From the IMG/VR virus record IMGVR_UViG_3300010005_000034, positions 1 through 36,643 of that record: a stretch of 36,643 bases of DNA; one strand, given 5' to 3'. Under the pieces are notes generated by a model. The model was not told where the DNA came from, did no database searches, and saw only the letters and a list, made by a program, of their open reading frames with translations. Position numbers and translations under genes: made by a program. This document shows, piece by piece, positions 24,065 through 33,791 of this stretch. Position 1 is the first letter of the stretch; each line of letters opens with the position of its first letter. The stretch comes from a virus. Its lineage: Duplodnaviria > Caudoviricetes.

Positions 24065-24519
24065 TGATTCCCGTCGACCAGGTCGCGGCGCGTCTCGTCG
24101 CCGTGCTGCCCGAGCTCACGAACCGCGTCGGCTCCGCCGCGCAGTTCTCGGCCGCCTGGAACGGCGGCACTCTCGGGCAGGTGCCGTTCTCCGCCTATTT
24201 GCTCGGGCTCGGCTTCCAGGGCGCCGAGGCGGACATCATGGCCAACATCTACCGCCAGTCGCTCGACCGGGCGCTGGGCGTGGTGCTGGTCCGCCGCGCG
24301 CTCGCCGATCCGCTCGGCACCAAGGTTGCCGATGCGTTCGCCGACGACACCGAAAAGGTGCTGCGCGCGATCGCCGGCTGGTCGCCCGAGGACGCGGACG
24401 GCGAGCCCACGATCGGCACGTTCGTCGCGCGGCGCGGCGCTCTGATCAGCCTGTCGGGCGGCGTCGCCACCTTCCAGATCGACTTCACGCTCAACACCCA
24501 ACTGAGGATCACGACATGA
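24064..24519 (+). CDS. tail terminator-like (gp37 position)
   Basis: Synteny; LRAIAGWSP motif; ends in a beta strand. Confidence 0.7.
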   Translation: MIPVDQVAARLVAVLPELTNRVGSAAQFSAAWNGGTLGQVPFSAYLLGLGFQGAEADIMANIYRQSLDRALGVVLVRRALADPLGTKVADAFADDTEKVLRAIAGWSPEDADGEPTIGTFVARRGALISLSGGVATFQIDFTLNTQLRITT

Positions 24520-24719
24520 CGAAGCGGGGCGGCCTGAGGGCCGATGCCGAAACTGTCCTGCCGCCGACCGGCGAGCTGCCCGATGCGGGCGAGACCTCGC
24601 CGACCGAGGACGTGCAGCTGCCGGCCGTGGCGCCGGCCGAACCCATGACCCGGCCCGATGGCGGCGGCAGCTATGTCCGCGACCGCGCCACCGGCCATCT
24701 CACCAGGCAGGAGGCGTAA
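24516..24719 (+). CDS. small hypothetical protein (GGSYVRD motif)
   Basis: ATGA-coupled; the motif is typical of small genes preceding tail tube genes. Confidence 0.65.
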   Translation: MTKRGGLRADAETVLPPTGELPDAGETSPTEDVQLPAVAPAEPMTRPDGGGSYVRDRATGHLTRQEA

Positions 24720-25682
24720 ATGCCCAATCCGATCCGCTGGAATTCCAAGCTCGCGCTCGCGAACATCGAGACCGCCTATGGCGTCGATCCGACGCCCGCC
24801 GCCGCGAATGCCCTGCTGCTGACCGAAATCACCCTCCAGCCGATGGAAGGCGAGGATATCAGCCGTAACCTGGAGCTGCCGTACTTCGGCGCCCAGGAGA
24901 CGATCGCGGCCGGGCTGCGCGCGACGTTCAGCGCCACCTTCGAGCTGGTCGGCAGCGGCCAGACCGGCGTTGCGCCGGCCTGGAGCCCACTGATGCGCTC
25001 GCTGGCGATCGCCGAGATCGTCACGCCGGACAGTGTGCCGGGCACCCATGACGGCATGGTCGAGTATGTGCCCGTCACCGACAATCCCGAGAGCATGGCA
25101 CTGTGGTTCTACATCGGGCCGACGCGCTACGTGATCCTGGGCATGGCCGGCACGGGCAAGATCGTGTTCAACGCTCAGGGCATTCCCGTGGTGCAAGGCA
25201 CCTGGACCGGCCTGTTCAAGCTGCCGACCGACCAGGCGAAGCCTGTCGGCATCGATCTGTCCAACTTCGTCGAGCCGCAGATCGTCAGCAAGGCAACCAC
25301 GCCGGTGTTCACGATCGGCGGCACGACGTTGAAGGCGCGCAGCTTCGAGCTCGATTTCGCCAACGATGTGCAGCCGCGCATGCTGATCAACGACGAGCGC
25401 ATCCTGATCGTCGGCCGCGACGAGAAGATCTCGCTGACCGTCGAGGCGGTGCCGATGGCGACGTACAACCCGTACCTCGCCGCGCAAACGCCCAAGCCCA
25501 AGGCGGAGATCGTCGTCGAGCACGGCACCGTCGTCGGCCGCAAGGTGAAGATCGAGGCCGGCCAGGCCGCGCAGAACCGCCCCGGCGCGCCGACCAACCA
25601 GAACGGCATCGTCGAATGGCCGCTGGTGTTCGTGCCGCTGCCCCTCGCCGGCAACGACCAGTGGAAGATCACGCTGCGCTGA
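24720..25682 (+). CDS. tail tube (major tail) protein
   Basis: IETAYGVDP..ELVGSGQTGVAPAW..GNDQWKITLR; precedes the chaperone and tape measure. Confidence 0.85.
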   Translation: MPNPIRWNSKLALANIETAYGVDPTPAAANALLLTEITLQPMEGEDISRNLELPYFGAQETIAAGLRATFSATFELVGSGQTGVAPAWSPLMRSLAIAEIVTPDSVPGTHDGMVEYVPVTDNPESMALWFYIGPTRYVILGMAGTGKIVFNAQGIPVVQGTWTGLFKLPTDQAKPVGIDLSNFVEPQIVSKATTPVFTIGGTTLKARSFELDFANDVQPRMLINDERILIVGRDEKISLTVEAVPMATYNPYLAAQTPKPKAEIVVEHGTVVGRKVKIEAGQAAQNRPGAPTNQNGIVEWPLVFVPLPLAGNDQWKITLR

Positions 25683-25708
25683 CGCGTGGCACGCAGGAGA
25701 CCTGACCC

Positions 25709-26038
25709 ATGTTCAATATCGACGCGCGCCCCACCTTCACCCGCACCGTTGAAGTGCAGGTTCCCAGCGGTGACGGCTTCGAGAAGCAGACCTTCATCGC
25801 AACCTTCGCTGCCCTGGAAACCGACGAGATCGACGCGTTCGATCTCTTCACCAACGCCGGCACGGACGCGTTCCTCCGCAGCGTTGTCGTCTCGCTCGAT
25901 GACATCGCCGGCAATGACGGGGCGCTGATTCCCTATTCGGAGGAGCTGCTCGACCGCATGCTCAAGAAGCAGTGCGTCCGCATCGGCCTGTACCGCAGCT
26001 ACGCAGTCAGCATCTCCGGAGAAGCGGCGGGAAACTGA
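25709..26038 (+). CDS. tail assembly chaperone (lambda G-like)
   Basis: 109-aa acidic protein ending in the slippery GCG GGA AAC TGA. Confidence 0.85.
   Translation: MFNIDARPTFTRTVEVQVPSGDGFEKQTFIATFAALETDEIDAFDLFTNAGTDAFLRSVVVSLDDIAGNDGALIPYSEELLDRMLKKQCVRIGLYRSYAVSISGEAAGN
26029..26035 (+). other. -1 programmed ribosomal frameshift site G GGA AAC
   Basis: X XXY YYZ heptamer in frame just before the stop; the -1 frame stays open to 26397. Confidence 0.85.
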
Positions 26039-26397
26039 AAGCTGCCGCGCGTGTCTGGGCGCTGGGGGGCACCGCGGATCTGAATGAAGCCGTCGCCGAC
26101 GCCCAGGCGATGGGACTGTCGGGGCTGGCGGAGCGGCTGATGGGCCCCGCCAGCCAGGAGAGCGGGTTCAAGGTGTGGCGGCGCAATTGGGATATCCTGC
26201 TGGCGTTCCTCTCGGTCTCGACCCAGTGGCGCGCGATCGCGACCGCCTCGGGCGCCGTCTATTGGATGGGGCTCGACTATGTCGCGGCGCGCGCCGACCT
26301 CGACGCGGAGGGCATCGCAGTCACGCCCCGGCTCTGGCGGGGCATCAAGATCATGGAACGCGCGGCGCGCGACGCGCTGAACGGCGTGCAGGGCTGA
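26029..26397 (+). CDS. frameshift extension of chaperone (GT-like, DUF1799-like)
   Basis: VWRRNWDILLAFLSVSTQWR..GLDY..IKIMERAA; lacks its own good start. Confidence 0.8.
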   Translation, partial: GKLKAAARVWALGGTADLNEAVADAQAMGLSGLAERLMGPASQESGFKVWRRNWDILLAFLSVSTQWRAIATASGAVYWMGLDYVAARADLDAEGIAVTPRLWRGIKIMERAARDALNGVQG

Positions 26398-26404
26398 CCG
26401 CGCG

Positions 26405-29400
26405 ATGACGCTGCGCACCTCGATCATCATCACCGGCGACACGGCGGGCGGCCAGAAGGCGCTCGCGGATCTCGGCCGTGAGATGGACCGCACCGGTGTG
26501 GCGGCCGAGGGGCTCGCCTCCTCGGAGCGCTCCGCCGAGGCCGCCACCACCCGGCTAGAGGGTGAGCTGCGCCGCTCGATCGCGACCACCGGTGCCGTCG
26601 AGCAGACGCTGAACCAGGCCTCCCGCGCGGCGCATGTCCTGTTCGCGGCCGAGCAGAACCTGGAAGCGGCACTTGCCTCGCGCGAGCTTGCCCAGCGTCG
26701 CGCCGCCACCGCCGCCGAGACCGATGCGGACGCCCAGCTCCGCGCCTCGGCCGCCGTTGCTGCGGCGGATGCTCGCGTCGTGTCTGCCACCCTCGCGGTG
26801 GAGCGGGCCCAGCGCGGGCTGGATCGCTCCGGTGGCCTGGTCGTGCGGTCGATGGGCGAGCAGGCGCAGGGCGCCCGCATGCTCGGTCAGCAGTTCCAGG
26901 ACATGGCCGTCATGGGCTCCATGAGCAGTGGCAGCCTGACCGACGTGATGCGGATCTTCACGTCGCAGATCGGTCAGACCGCATATGCGCTCGACCAGAT
27001 GGGGGCGAAGGGTTCCCTAGGCCAGCTCGCCTCCTTCATGAATACGCCCTGGGGCGCAGCCGCGTCCGGCGCGGCGATCGTGCTGTTGCCCTTCATCGCA
27101 AAGCTGTTCGAGGCGGGCAGCGCGGCCGAGTTCACAGCCGACTCGCTGGACAAGGCTGCGGAGAGCGCCGACTCCTTCGGGAACGCCCAGAGCCTGCTCG
27201 GCAAGATCATCGACCTGACCACGGGCAAGCTGAAGACCCACAACACCGTCCTGATCGAGACGATCAAGCTTCAGGCGCAATTGAACCTGGTCGAGTCCCA
27301 GAAGAAGATCAACGCGGCAACGGGCTTCAGCTCCACCGGGTTCGGCTCGTTCGACAACCTTCCCGCGAATGATCTGCGCCGTGCCGCTGGCCCCAGCGCC
27401 GACGACGTGTTCAGGCAGAAGGCGCAGGACCTCAAGGTCACGAACGTGGCCGACCAGCTCTATACCGCGCTCGGCCGCGTCGTGGCGAATGCGCAGATGG
27501 CGAACCGCGATCCATCCGGGTACGCGGCCCTGGTCAACGGCCAACTGGAACGCTCGATCGGCGTGCTCGACAGCATGGCCGAATCGGCGCAGTTCACCGG
27601 GAAAGCCCTGGGCGATGCCAAGGCGAAGTTGCTTGAGCTCGCCAACGCCGGCACCGACAAGGCGGCGGCGTTGATGGCGATCCGGGTTGGGAACGGTGGC
27701 CCCGTTCCGGACGAGCTCACGCCCTATGCCAAGGACAAGAAGAAAAAGACCCCTAAGCCGAAATCCACGGAGGCGCGCGACAGGTTCGGCCGCGATGCCG
27801 CCGATCGCATTGCGTCCATCACCGCTGCGTTCGATGCCACGCCCACCGCTGTCCAGCAGGCCGAGAAGGCGATCCGGCAGCTCGACTCCATCATCGGCGA
27901 CCTCGGCCGGAAGAAGCCGCCCAATTTCGGCGCGCTGATCACCTCGGCCGAGCAGGCCAAGGGCGTGGTGGAGAACGGCCTGATCCGCTCGATCGGCGAG
28001 GCGTTCGAGAAGCCGAAGACGCTGGCGGAGAAAGCGGCCCAGGCGCTCCAGACGCTCGATGCCGAGCTCGGCAAGAAATCGAAGCTCCTGAAGGACGGCC
28101 TGATCGATCAGGCCGGCTTCGATGAATTCGGGCGCAGGATCGGCGCGGCCAGGGCGCAGATCGAGGACGGGCTCAATCGGCCCTTCCGCGACTATGTCGA
28201 GTCGCAGCACGATGCGCTCGCCGTCCAGGGCATGCTCGCGCAGGGCCGATACTATGAAGCCGAGGCCCTTCGGCAGATTCTGCAACTCGAACGGCAGATT
28301 GGGCCCCTGGACGACGCGCATCGGGCGGCAATCCTAGACTCGGTGAAGGCGCTTGCAGCCGAGATCCGCGCAACCGAGATCCTCCACCAGAAGAACCAGA
28401 TGAACGTCGAGGCGCTCGGCAACATCAGGGCTGCGGTGAACGACGCCACGCAGGCATTCGTGCGCGGCGATCTCGGTCAGTTCATAAAGACCCCCAGGAA
28501 ACTACTGGACGCGTTCATGACGCTCCAGGGGCAGAAGCTCTTCGAGCGCCTGTTCGGCGATATGTTCCGCCAGCTCGAAGACGAGGTGAACGGAACATCT
28601 GTGGTGCGGGACGCCAGCGCTCGCATGGCCGGCGCGGTGGACACGGCCAGCAAGGCCATCCTCGATCTCGGCGCTGCGGCGAATCAGTCGGCGGGTGCCT
28701 TGCGTGCAACGCCCACCGAAGCCGGAGGCATCGGTGTTGTTGGCGGCGGGAATGGCGGAGAAGGTGCGGATATCACCGTTACCGGCCGCACCCGTAAGAA
28801 CGAGCTGGATGTCTTCTCCACTGCGATCGAGCGTTCCGTCGGGCAACTCACCAGCTTGTTCATGGACCCGGACAAGGCGAAGGCACTGGGCAAGTCGATC
28901 GGCACCTATGCCGGTAAGGGGCTTGAGGGTGCGGCGACCGGGACGATGATCGCTGGGTTGGGGAATGCGCTCGGCATCAAAGTGAGCACCACGGGGGCGA
29001 GCATCGGCGGTGCCGCTGGCAAGCTCTCTGGCATCCCCGGCGCGGATATCATCGGCTCGATCGCGGGCGGGCTGATCGGCAACCTGTTCACCAAGCCGGC
29101 CTACGGTACCGCCAGCCTGTCCAATGCCAACAGCGCCGCCAGCCTGCGCGGCCGGGCCGGGGCCGAGACCGGCGCGGGCAGTGCTGCCCAGCAGGTCCAG
29201 TCGGGCTTGCAGAACATCGCCGAGCAGCTCGGCGGCGCGCTCGGCAACTTCGCGGTCTCGATCGGCACGTTCGACGGCAAATGGCGTGTGTCGACCACGG
29301 GCTTCGGCGGCCAGCTCGACAGCAAGACCGCGCGCGGCCAGGGTCTCCACGACTTCGGCAAGGACGGCGAGCAGGCGGCGATCGCGTTCGCGATCCAGGA

Positions 29401-30154
29401 CGCGATCTCTGACGGGGCCATCACCGGCCTCTCAGCGGCCGTTCAGAAGGCCATTAGAAGCAATCCCGATATCAACAAGGCGCTCCAGGAGGCGTTGAAG
29501 GTCGCGGACGTTGAGCAGCTGCTGGGCGGCCTGCCGGCGCAGCTGACCAGCGCGTTCCGCGACTTCGAGAAGCAGGCGGCCGATCGGGTCCGCATCGCGC
29601 AGCAATATGGCTTCGACCTGGTGAAGATCGAGCAGATCAACGCCAAGGAACGGCTCAACCTGCAAAAGCAGCTGCTGGACCAGCAGGTCGGATCGCTCCA
29701 GCGCCTGGTCGACGAGATGACCTCGGGTTCGCTGTTCGAGGGCACGTCGGTCGATCGGCGCAGCGCCCTGCTTGCCGATATCGAGAAGGCCAAGGCCGAT
29801 CTGAACAACGGCGTGGACGGCGCGGCCGACAAGCTCGCCACCCTGTTCGACCAGCTCAACAGCGTGTCCAAGGACGTGTACGGCACGACGGGCGGCTTCG
29901 CGACCGATCGCAGCGCCATCCTCGACCAGGCGCGCGCGGCGATCGCCAAGGCCAATGCCGATATCGCCAAGGCCCAGGCGCAGGCCAAGGGCAGCGATCC
30001 GGCACTCGTCACCACCAATGCCGCCCTGGACGAGAACAATGACCAGAACGCCAAGATCATCGAGGCGCTGCGCCAGAGCAATACGCTGCTCGCCAAGCTC
30101 GGCCTGCCGGGCGGGTCCAGCTTCAACCTGACCGAGCTGGCGAGGACGAGCTGA
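26405..30154 (+). CDS. tape measure protein
   Basis: 1249-aa Ala/Gly-rich helical protein with a lambda H-like GQQFQDMAV..SQIGQ segment; follows the chaperones. Confidence 0.92.
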   Translation: MTLRTSIIITGDTAGGQKALADLGREMDRTGVAAEGLASSERSAEAATTRLEGELRRSIATTGAVEQTLNQASRAAHVLFAAEQNLEAALASRELAQRRAATAAETDADAQLRASAAVAAADARVVSATLAVERAQRGLDRSGGLVVRSMGEQAQGARMLGQQFQDMAVMGSMSSGSLTDVMRIFTSQIGQTAYALDQMGAKGSLGQLASFMNTPWGAAASGAAIVLLPFIAKLFEAGSAAEFTADSLDKAAESADSFGNAQSLLGKIIDLTTGKLKTHNTVLIETIKLQAQLNLVESQKKINAATGFSSTGFGSFDNLPANDLRRAAGPSADDVFRQKAQDLKVTNVADQLYTALGRVVANAQMANRDPSGYAALVNGQLERSIGVLDSMAESAQFTGKALGDAKAKLLELANAGTDKAAALMAIRVGNGGPVPDELTPYAKDKKKKTPKPKSTEARDRFGRDAADRIASITAAFDATPTAVQQAEKAIRQLDSIIGDLGRKKPPNFGALITSAEQAKGVVENGLIRSIGEAFEKPKTLAEKAAQALQTLDAELGKKSKLLKDGLIDQAGFDEFGRRIGAARAQIEDGLNRPFRDYVESQHDALAVQGMLAQGRYYEAEALRQILQLERQIGPLDDAHRAAILDSVKALAAEIRATEILHQKNQMNVEALGNIRAAVNDATQAFVRGDLGQFIKTPRKLLDAFMTLQGQKLFERLFGDMFRQLEDEVNGTSVVRDASARMAGAVDTASKAILDLGAAANQSAGALRATPTEAGGIGVVGGGNGGEGADITVTGRTRKNELDVFSTAIERSVGQLTSLFMDPDKAKALGKSIGTYAGKGLEGAATGTMIAGLGNALGIKVSTTGASIGGAAGKLSGIPGADIIGSIAGGLIGNLFTKPAYGTASLSNANSAASLRGRAGAETGAGSAAQQVQSGLQNIAEQLGGALGNFAVSIGTFDGKWRVSTTGFGGQLDSKTARGQGLHDFGKDGEQAAIAFAIQDAISDGAITGLSAAVQKAIRSNPDINKALQEALKVADVEQLLGGLPAQLTSAFRDFEKQAADRVRIAQQYGFDLVKIEQINAKERLNLQKQLLDQQVGSLQRLVDEMTSGSLFEGTSVDRRSALLADIEKAKADLNNGVDGAADKLATLFDQLNSVSKDVYGTTGGFATDRSAILDQARAAIAKANADIAKAQAQAKGSDPALVTTNAALDENNDQNAKIIEALRQSNTLLAKLGLPGGSSFNLTELARTS

Positions 30155-33100
30155 TGGCCGCGCCGCTGATCCTCGCCGAGGCCCAGCCGCGCCGGGTGGC
30201 CGACGGCGTACCTGTCGTCGTGCGGCTTGCCGGTGGCGGCGGGGCGCTGCCGCTGTTCTATGGCGGCAATCACTATCGCGCCGGCCTGACCGGCCTGCCC
30301 AAGATCGTCACGTCGAGCGCCTTCGACGGGACCGATCTGGGCGGCAGTTCCGTGCCGCAGTCGATGGAACTGCGCTGGGCGCCGAGCAATGCGGCGGCGC
30401 TGGCGGAGCTCGCCGCCTATCACTGGAACGACGCGGCGATCACCGTGCGGGTGGGGCTCGAGGGCAGTCTGCCGCCAGTGCTCACCAGCGGCACCGTGAT
30501 CGGTGCGGCCAGCGATGCCGGCGCGCTGGCGATCGCGCTCTCCGATCCCGCTGCGGATCTGCGCAAGCCGATCCTGACCGCGCGGTTCGCCGGCACCGGC
30601 GGCATCGAGGGGCCGATCGAGTGGAAGGGCCGGATCAAGCGCCGCGTATGGGGCCGAGTATTCAACCTGCCCGGCGATCCGATCGACAAGGCGAACAGCA
30701 TCTATTGCTTCGGCGATCCGCAGTTCGCCTGGGCCGAGTTCGTCGAGGTGCGCGACAAGGGCGCGGCGCCGGCCCCTTCGGCCGTGACCGTTCTCGCTTG
30801 GCAGGGCAGCGTCGCCGCAACCTTCGCCGCGCTCCAGGTGGCGGCGGCACCCCAGGGCGGCGGCGTGCTGTGCCCGTCGATCGCGTGCGTGAAGTGGTGG
30901 ACCCAGCCGGCAGGCGCGCTGTGCGCCGATATCCGGGGAGAGATCGGCGCCGGCTATGTCGAGATCCTGGCTTCGATCGCCGAGCGCATCGCGGGTGTCA
31001 CCTCCGCCGTGCCCTTCGCGGCGGGGACCGTGGCAGCGGCCAATGTCGCGCGGCCGATCGCGGCGGGCTTCGTTGCCGGCGACGAGAACGTGACGGCGGC
31101 GGCAGCGCTCGACAGCCTGTTCAGCGACGTGTCGCTCCTATGGGTGCTCGACAACGACGCGATCGTGATCCGGCGCTGGGAATGGACGACTCCGGTTGCC
31201 AGTGCTCGCAGCGTGGACGTATCCCGCAAGCAGAGCTTCAAGCCGGTATCGCGCCGCAAGCTCGGCTATCGGCGCAACCAGAATGTCATGAGCCGCGATT
31301 CGATCGCCGGCATCGTCTTCGTGAGCGATATCGCCTTCGACGATGGCGAGGCGCTGCACGATCGCCTCGCCGCGATGGCTCAGGCGACCGAGGCGGTCGA
31401 ACTGATCGCGTCGGGCAAGGTCGCCACCTTCTTCCAGCCGACGCCTCCGCTCGCGGCGGAGAGCAAGGAAGGCGACCTGTGGTTCGATACGGCCAACGGC
31501 AACTTCCTCTATCGCCGCCTCGGCGGCAATGGGCGGATCTCGATCGGGGGTATCGTCGTCACCTTCGGCGGCTCGGCGATCGTCTATCGGCCCTGGGCGC
31601 CTGCGCCCGACCAGCGCGTTGCTACCGCGCTCGCCCAGGCAGCGACCGCGATCCAGCAGGCGCAGGCCGCCCAGGCGACGGCCGACGACGCGATCGGCAG
31701 CATCACCGCCATGGCCGACGATGGCGTCCTTGCCGGCGTGGAGAAGAAGCAGCTCATCATCGACGACAGCCGGTTGCAGGGCGCCTGGACGATCCTGGAC
31801 GCGCAGGCCGGGCAGCTCGGTATCACCGCCGAACGCATCGCCGCCGCCACCGCCCGCACCAATTGGCTCGCGCTGCGCAACGCCATCGTGCCGGCATGGA
31901 ACGACACGGATAGCGACAGCCCGGTCGATCGCACCTCCTATGTCACCACGCTCAACGCCTATGCGACGGCGCTGACCACGCTCCAGAAGGCGATCAACGC
32001 CAAGGTCGCCACTACCGCCGATTGGAACGGCGTGACCGGCGCCGGCAAGGACCAGCTCGTCGCCGATGCCGCCACGGCCAAGAGCAATGCCGCGATCGCC
32101 ATCGGGCAGATCACCATCATCCAGTCGGACGGCTATCTCGCTGCGGGCGAGAAGCGGGACATCAAGGCGCGGGTCGCCGATATCCAGGCCGAGTATCCCG
32201 GTATGCTGGCGAAAGCAGCGGCGCAGGGGATCTCATCCACCGTCTATCAGGCCGCCTATGCCGCGCTCCTCGCCTATCTGGCGACCCTATCGCCGGCCTG
32301 GGATAATAGTTTGCTCGACACGGCGATCGCGCCGGCAACGTTCAACGGCAAGTTCAGCGACTACTACTATGCCAAGGCCGATCTCCAGATCGCCAGCGCC
32401 GACCTGACCGCACCGAACACGCCCTCGATCACCGGTCCGATGCCGCTGAACTTCAGCGCCGACTATCTCGGCCAGCTCGATAGCGGCCAGGTGCCCCAGG
32501 ACTTCCCGTACAAGCGGCTGCGCGGCGCCACCGACGTGACCAGCTCGACGGCCTGGTCGATCATCGCCAGCGACGGCGTTGCGGTGTCGATCGGGGCGGC
32601 CGACGGCGTGGCGCACGTCACGGCCGTCACAAAGGACGCCGGCAGCTTCACGATCCGCAGCGTCTATGCTGGGGTCACGCGCGACCAGTCCGTGACGGTG
32701 CAGCGCAACCGGGCCGCCGCGCCCGTCAACACCGGCAGCACCGGCAATCCCGGCACGTCGGGCTCGGTCCTCGCCAACGGCTCGACCGGCTCAACCGACT
32801 ATGGCGGTGCGGAGAGCGCACCCTTCACCTGCGTCGCGGGGACGGCCGGGCAAGTGGCGCTCGCCTCGACCCTGAACGTCTCGCTCTATGCAACCTCCGG
32901 CATGCTCTCTCAGTACGGCTATGCCATGGCGCAATGGCGCCTTCCGGGAGGGACCTGGGCCGACGTTGCCGGTAGCGAATGCCTGAGCGACGGCCCCGCC
33001 ACCTATGACAAGTTCGAAGGATCGGTGCCGACCACACTGACGTTCGGCGCGACCAAGACCGGGCTGACCTCCGGCACCACCTACGAGTTTCGGCTCAAGT

Positions 33101-33171
33101 TCCGGAAGGCGTCTGGCACGAGCGGTCAGATCATGTCCTTTTCGGGCACCTTCGCGGGGACCGGATCATGA
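30154..33171 (+). CDS. tail tip/hub protein fused to fibre-like region
   Basis: Hub-like N-half (FAGTGGIEG..KRRVWGRVFN..VRDKG), a KEGDLWFDT motif, two helical repeats and a Ser/Thr/Gly-rich beta C-terminus. Confidence 0.75.
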   Translation: MAAPLILAEAQPRRVADGVPVVVRLAGGGGALPLFYGGNHYRAGLTGLPKIVTSSAFDGTDLGGSSVPQSMELRWAPSNAAALAELAAYHWNDAAITVRVGLEGSLPPVLTSGTVIGAASDAGALAIALSDPAADLRKPILTARFAGTGGIEGPIEWKGRIKRRVWGRVFNLPGDPIDKANSIYCFGDPQFAWAEFVEVRDKGAAPAPSAVTVLAWQGSVAATFAALQVAAAPQGGGVLCPSIACVKWWTQPAGALCADIRGEIGAGYVEILASIAERIAGVTSAVPFAAGTVAAANVARPIAAGFVAGDENVTAAAALDSLFSDVSLLWVLDNDAIVIRRWEWTTPVASARSVDVSRKQSFKPVSRRKLGYRRNQNVMSRDSIAGIVFVSDIAFDDGEALHDRLAAMAQATEAVELIASGKVATFFQPTPPLAAESKEGDLWFDTANGNFLYRRLGGNGRISIGGIVVTFGGSAIVYRPWAPAPDQRVATALAQAATAIQQAQAAQATADDAIGSITAMADDGVLAGVEKKQLIIDDSRLQGAWTILDAQAGQLGITAERIAAATARTNWLALRNAIVPAWNDTDSDSPVDRTSYVTTLNAYATALTTLQKAINAKVATTADWNGVTGAGKDQLVADAATAKSNAAIAIGQITIIQSDGYLAAGEKRDIKARVADIQAEYPGMLAKAAAQGISSTVYQAAYAALLAYLATLSPAWDNSLLDTAIAPATFNGKFSDYYYAKADLQIASADLTAPNTPSITGPMPLNFSADYLGQLDSGQVPQDFPYKRLRGATDVTSSTAWSIIASDGVAVSIGAADGVAHVTAVTKDAGSFTIRSVYAGVTRDQSVTVQRNRAAAPVNTGSTGNPGTSGSVLANGSTGSTDYGGAESAPFTCVAGTAGQVALASTLNVSLYATSGMLSQYGYAMAQWRLPGGTWADVAGSECLSDGPATYDKFEGSVPTTLTFGATKTGLTSGTTYEFRLKFRKASGTSGQIMSFSGTFAGTGS

Positions 33172-33788
33172 CCTGGTGGATCGTTCGCAACCGCGCCACT
33201 GGCGAGGAGCAGCTCGTCGAATCCGGCGGTCAGTATGCGCCCTATGACGGAGATCTATTCGAGATCGCCGAGCTGCCGCGCGAGCTCGATGCCGAGCATG
33301 AATGCTGGGACTGGGAAACCGGCGCAGTCGTCTGTCGCTTCACGGCACAGGAGGCGCGCGACCGGCAGTGGGCGGCGGCGCTGGCCTATCGCGAGCAGCG
33401 CCGTAACGCGCCGCTGGCGGTGTGGGGCGTGTTCCCTGACCGGGCGGTGCTGGTGAACATGTCGCAGGAGAGCCGCATCACGATCATGGGGGCGGTCAAC
33501 TATGCGACCATCATGGCGAGCCAGGATCCGCCCTTGCCCTCCAGCTTCTCGTTCAAGGACGCGAGCGGTGCGCGCGTCACTCTCGACGGCCCTAAGACGA
33601 TTGCCCTCGGGCTGAACGTCGCTGTGTTCAGCGGGCGATGCGACATTGCCCTGGACGCGGTCGAGGACGCTCTCGACGACGCGATCGCGGCGGGCGCCAC
33701 TGCCGACGAGATCCTCGCCATCGATATCACCGCCGGTTATCCGGGCGCCCCCGGTGCCGGCGATCCCCCTCAAGCGCCGGAGAACTGA
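33168..33788 (+). CDS. tail fibre-associated protein (DUF4376-like)
   Basis: SQESRITIMGA..FKDASGARVTLD..ILAIDITAGYP. Confidence 0.65.
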   Translation: MTWWIVRNRATGEEQLVESGGQYAPYDGDLFEIAELPRELDAEHECWDWETGAVVCRFTAQEARDRQWAAALAYREQRRNAPLAVWGVFPDRAVLVNMSQESRITIMGAVNYATIMASQDPPLPSSFSFKDASGARVTLDGPKTIALGLNVAVFSGRCDIALDAVEDALDDAIAAGATADEILAIDITAGYPGAPGAGDPPQAPEN

Positions 33789-33791
33789 CCA

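Noticed and set aside
27725-27770. A-rich KDKKKKTPKPK stretch in the tape measure gene as a slippage or NLS-like signal
   Set aside because: Basic Lys-rich linkers are common in tape measure proteins, the frame stays open and there is no long homopolymer.
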